From Anaerolineae bacterium (lineage in GTDB: Bacteria; Chloroflexota; Anaerolineae; JACIWR01): a stretch of DNA of 41,388 nucleotides. Of the stretch, positions 39,341 to 41,388 are shown in pieces. The translations under genes were made by a program, and so were the position numbers. The stretch covers positions 1 through 41,388 of the forward strand of contig JAGGZG010000348.1 of assembly GCA_021162125.1 (NCBI GenBank), read 5' to 3'. The notes beneath the pieces were generated by a model. The model did not search any database and was not told the origin of the DNA. It was given only the letters and a program-made list of their open reading frames with translations. Every line of letters begins with the position of its first letter. The first letter of the stretch is position 1.

Positions 39341-39982
39341 GTGTCCGAGTTGCTCAAGAAGTTGGCCGAAGACCTGTACAACGGTGACGCTGAATCGGTG
39401 GCTGCACTCACCCAGAAAGCTCTGGATAACGGGCTCACCCCGGCCGAAGTGCTCGAAAACGGCCTCATCGCCGGGATGAACGCTGTGGGCAAAGACTTCC
39501 GCGATGGCATTCTCTTCGTGCCCGAGGTGCTCATTGCCGCGCGGGCCATGCACGCCGGGATGAGAGTCCTCAAGCCTCTGCTGGCCGAGAGCGAGATCCC
39601 GGCCACCGGCAGGCTGGTCATCGGCACCGTCAAAGGGGATTTGCACGACATTGGCAAGAACCTGGTGGCTATGATGATGGAGGGCGCTGGGTTCGAGGTC
39701 CACGACCTGGGTGTGGACGTCCCGGCCAAGGAGTTCGTCGCGGCGGTCAAAACCAAGCAGCCGGACGTGGTGGGGCTGTCTGCGCTCCTGACCACCACGA
39801 TGGTGGAGATGAAAGGCGTGATTGAGGCCCTGCGCCAGGCTGGTCTGCGTAACCAGATCAAGGTGATAGTCGGTGGAGCACCGGTGACCCAGAAGTACGC
39901 TGCGGAGATCGGCGCGGACGGATACGCGGCCAATGCCTCCACCGCCGTGGAGAAAGCCAAAGACCTATTGGGAATAGCGTGA
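39341..39982 (+). CDS. Corrinoid (cobalamin-binding) protein, MtbC/MtmC/MetH-B12-domain-like
   Basis: 213 aa with an N-terminal B12-binding-2 helical cap and a Rossmann domain carrying the DxHxxG signature (GDLHDIGKN), SALLTTT and GGA motifs. GTG start. Confidence 0.85.
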   Translation: MSELLKKLAEDLYNGDAESVAALTQKALDNGLTPAEVLENGLIAGMNAVGKDFRDGILFVPEVLIAARAMHAGMRVLKPLLAESEIPATGRLVIGTVKGDLHDIGKNLVAMMMEGAGFEVHDLGVDVPAKEFVAAVKTKQPDVVGLSALLTTTMVEMKGVIEALRQAGLRNQIKVIVGGAPVTQKYAAEIGADGYAANASTAVEKAKDLLGIA

Positions 39983-39998
39983 GCTAAGGAGGAGTAAC

Positions 39999-41255
39999 TT
40001 GAGACTTGCGGAACGCATGTACCAACTCAAGGCCGAGGGTGCTTACGAGATGCTGGCCCGCGCCCAGGCACTGGAATCGCAGGGGCGCGAGATCATTCAC
40101 CTGGAGATTGGACAGCCCGACTTTGACACTGTGCCCAGCGCGGCACTGGCCGGCATCCGCGCCATCGCCACCGGCCTGACCCGTTACAACCCGCCATTGG
40201 GCATCCCCACCCTGCGCGCTGCCGTCGCCACGGAAATCAGCCGCACGCGAGGGGTAGAGGTCGGGCCGCAGAACGTGGTCATCATGCCCGGTGGAAAACC
40301 GGGGATTTTCTTCCCCATGCTAGCTCTGGTCGAACCCGGCGACGAGGTGATTTACCCCGACCCCGGCTTCCCCACCTACGAGTCGGTAACCCGTTTCCTG
40401 GGAGCAGTGCCTCGCCCGGTGCCGTTGCTGGAGGAAAACGACTTCAGCTTCGACATGGTGGCCTTCGAGCAGTCACTCTCGGATCGGACGCGGCTCATCA
40501 TCCTTAACTCACCGTCCAATCCCACCGGCAGCATCATCCCCCGGCAGGACCTGGAGCGCATCGCCGAGGCCGCACGATCCCGCGATGCCTGGGTGCTGAG
40601 CGACGAAATTTACTCGCGGCTGGTATACGACGGCGAGCACGAGAGCATCATCTCGCTGCCGGGCATGCTGGAGCGCACCGTATTGCTAGACGGCTTCAGC
40701 AAGACCTACGCGATGACCGGCTGGCGGCTGGGGTACGGGGTGATGCCCGCCGAAGTTGCCGAGGCCATGGGGCCACTGTTGACCCACTCGGTTGGCTGCA
40801 CGGCGACGTTCACCCAGTACGCGGGGCTGGCAGCTCTCACCGGCCCGCAGGACGCGGTAGACAGGATGATCGCGCAGTTCCGGCTGCGCCGGGATGCTAT
40901 CGTGGAGGGGCTGAACGCCATATCCGGCATCACCTGCCAGAAGCCTCAGGGTGCGTTCTACGCCTTCCCCAACATGAAATCCTTTGGCAAAACCTCGGCG
41001 GAGATGGCAGCCTACCTGCTGGATCAGGCCGGGGTCGCCGTGCTGCCTGGCACGGCTTTTGGGCGGTATGGGGAGGGGTATCTGCGCCTCTCGTACGCCA
41101 ATTCGCTGGAGAACATTGAGCGGGCGCTGGTGAGGATAGGGGACGCACTGGAGAGATTGGGGCAAAAAAAGAGGCGCGCCTGGAGGGACTCGAACCCCCA
41201 GCCTACTGATTCGAAGTCAGCCGCTCTGTCCATTGAGCTACAGGCGCGGGATTAA
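39999..41255 (+). CDS. Class I/II pyridoxal-phosphate aminotransferase (aspartate aminotransferase-like); the 3' end runs antisense through tRNA-Arg
   Basis: NSPSNPTG, the PLP-lysine context FSKTYAMTGWRLGY, and RLSYA. TTG start 6 nt after GGAGG. There is no in-frame stop until TAA 41253-41255, so the last ~27 codons are the antisense of the tRNA (..RDSNPQPTDSK..). Confidence 0.85.
   Translation: MRLAERMYQLKAEGAYEMLARAQALESQGREIIHLEIGQPDFDTVPSAALAGIRAIATGLTRYNPPLGIPTLRAAVATEISRTRGVEVGPQNVVIMPGGKPGIFFPMLALVEPGDEVIYPDPGFPTYESVTRFLGAVPRPVPLLEENDFSFDMVAFEQSLSDRTRLIILNSPSNPTGSIIPRQDLERIAEAARSRDAWVLSDEIYSRLVYDGEHESIISLPGMLERTVLLDGFSKTYAMTGWRLGYGVMPAEVAEAMGPLLTHSVGCTATFTQYAGLAALTGPQDAVDRMIAQFRLRRDAIVEGLNAISGITCQKPQGAFYAFPNMKSFGKTSAEMAAYLLDQAGVAVLPGTAFGRYGEGYLRLSYANSLENIERALVRIGDALERLGQKKRRAWRDSNPQPTDSKSAALSIELQARD
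41175..41247 (-). tRNA. tRNA-Arg (anticodon UCG)
   Basis: Hand-folded cloverleaf: acceptor GCGCCTG/CAGGCGC, D arm GCTC..GAGC, anticodon stem GCTGA/TCAGT with loop CTTCGAA, T arm GGGGG-TTCGAGT-CCCTC, discriminator G. The 3' CCA is not fully encoded (CCT). Confidence 0.88.
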
Positions 41256-41256
41256 A

Positions 41257-41287
41257 CCCTCCCGCAGGTTAGGAACCTGCGGGAGGG
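41257..41287. repeat. Copy 4 (perfect) of the CCCTCCCGCAGGTT / AACCTGCGGGAGGG hairpin family, between the two tRNA genes
   Basis: Perfect 14-bp stem (15 bp with the flanking A-T pair) and 3-nt loop AGG. Confidence 0.8.
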
Positions 41288-41292
41288 TGGGT

Positions 41293-41370
41293 TGGGGTGA
41301 GCGGTGGGATTCGAACCCACGTTCTTCTGGGCCACAACCAGATGCCTTAGACCACTCGGCTACGCTCACC
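41293..41370 (-). tRNA. tRNA-His (anticodon GUG) with encoded G-1 and encoded CCA
   Basis: 8-bp acceptor GGTGAGCG/CGCTCACC including G-1:C73, anticodon loop TTGTGGC, T arm GTGGG-TTCGAAT-CCCAC, followed by CCA. Confidence 0.88.
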
Positions 41371-41388
41371 ACGCGAGTGGTATTGTAC

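Noticed and set aside
1-41388. CRISPR arrays, transposases, integrases, prophage or toxin-antitoxin/defence genes
   Set aside because: No regularly spaced direct repeats were seen. No ORF of at least 60 aa in any frame resembles these families once the antisense and alternative-frame artefacts are discounted.

Overview
High-GC (about 60%) bacterial chromosomal window. A 27.5-kb minus-strand transcription/translation supercluster dominates it: rpoB, then rpsL-rpsG-fusA-tuf, the S10 operon (rpsJ to rpsQ), the spc operon (rplN to rplO-secY-adk-map), rpmJ-rpsM-rpsK-rpsD-rpoA-rplQ, and truA-rplM-rpsI. Gene order and the zinc-ribbon r-protein variants suggest a thermophilic Terrabacteria/Chloroflexota-type genome, but this is inference only. 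The left flank (plus strand) holds a partial APC permease, an MFS transporter, a ChrB-domain protein, ftsK and tpiA. The right flank holds an ECF sigma/putative anti-sigma pair divergent from two exported proteins, then comEA, a stand-alone corrinoid (B12-binding) protein, a class I aminotransferase, and tRNA-Arg(UCG) and tRNA-His(GUG). I found no CRISPR array, transposase, integrase, phage genes or recognisable defence/toxin genes, so I cannot support a new protein-coding system here. The unusual content is non-coding. (1) A 195-bp palindromic MITE-like element with 14-bp terminal inverted repeats and an ATAAT target-site duplication sits exactly between the -10 box and the RBS of comEA. (2) A hairpin family CCCTCCCGCAGGTT/AACCTGCGGGAGGG recurs at gene ends. 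(3) The ribosomal-protein operons have abnormally long, structured intercistronic spacers. (4) rpoB is detached from both rplKAJL and rpoC, has its own near-consensus promoter and about 320-nt leader, and carries a roughly 130-150 aa lineage-specific insertion. (5) The aminotransferase ORF reads antisense through the whole tRNA-Arg gene. All coordinates and alignments were made by eye from the sequence. Nothing was searched against databases.
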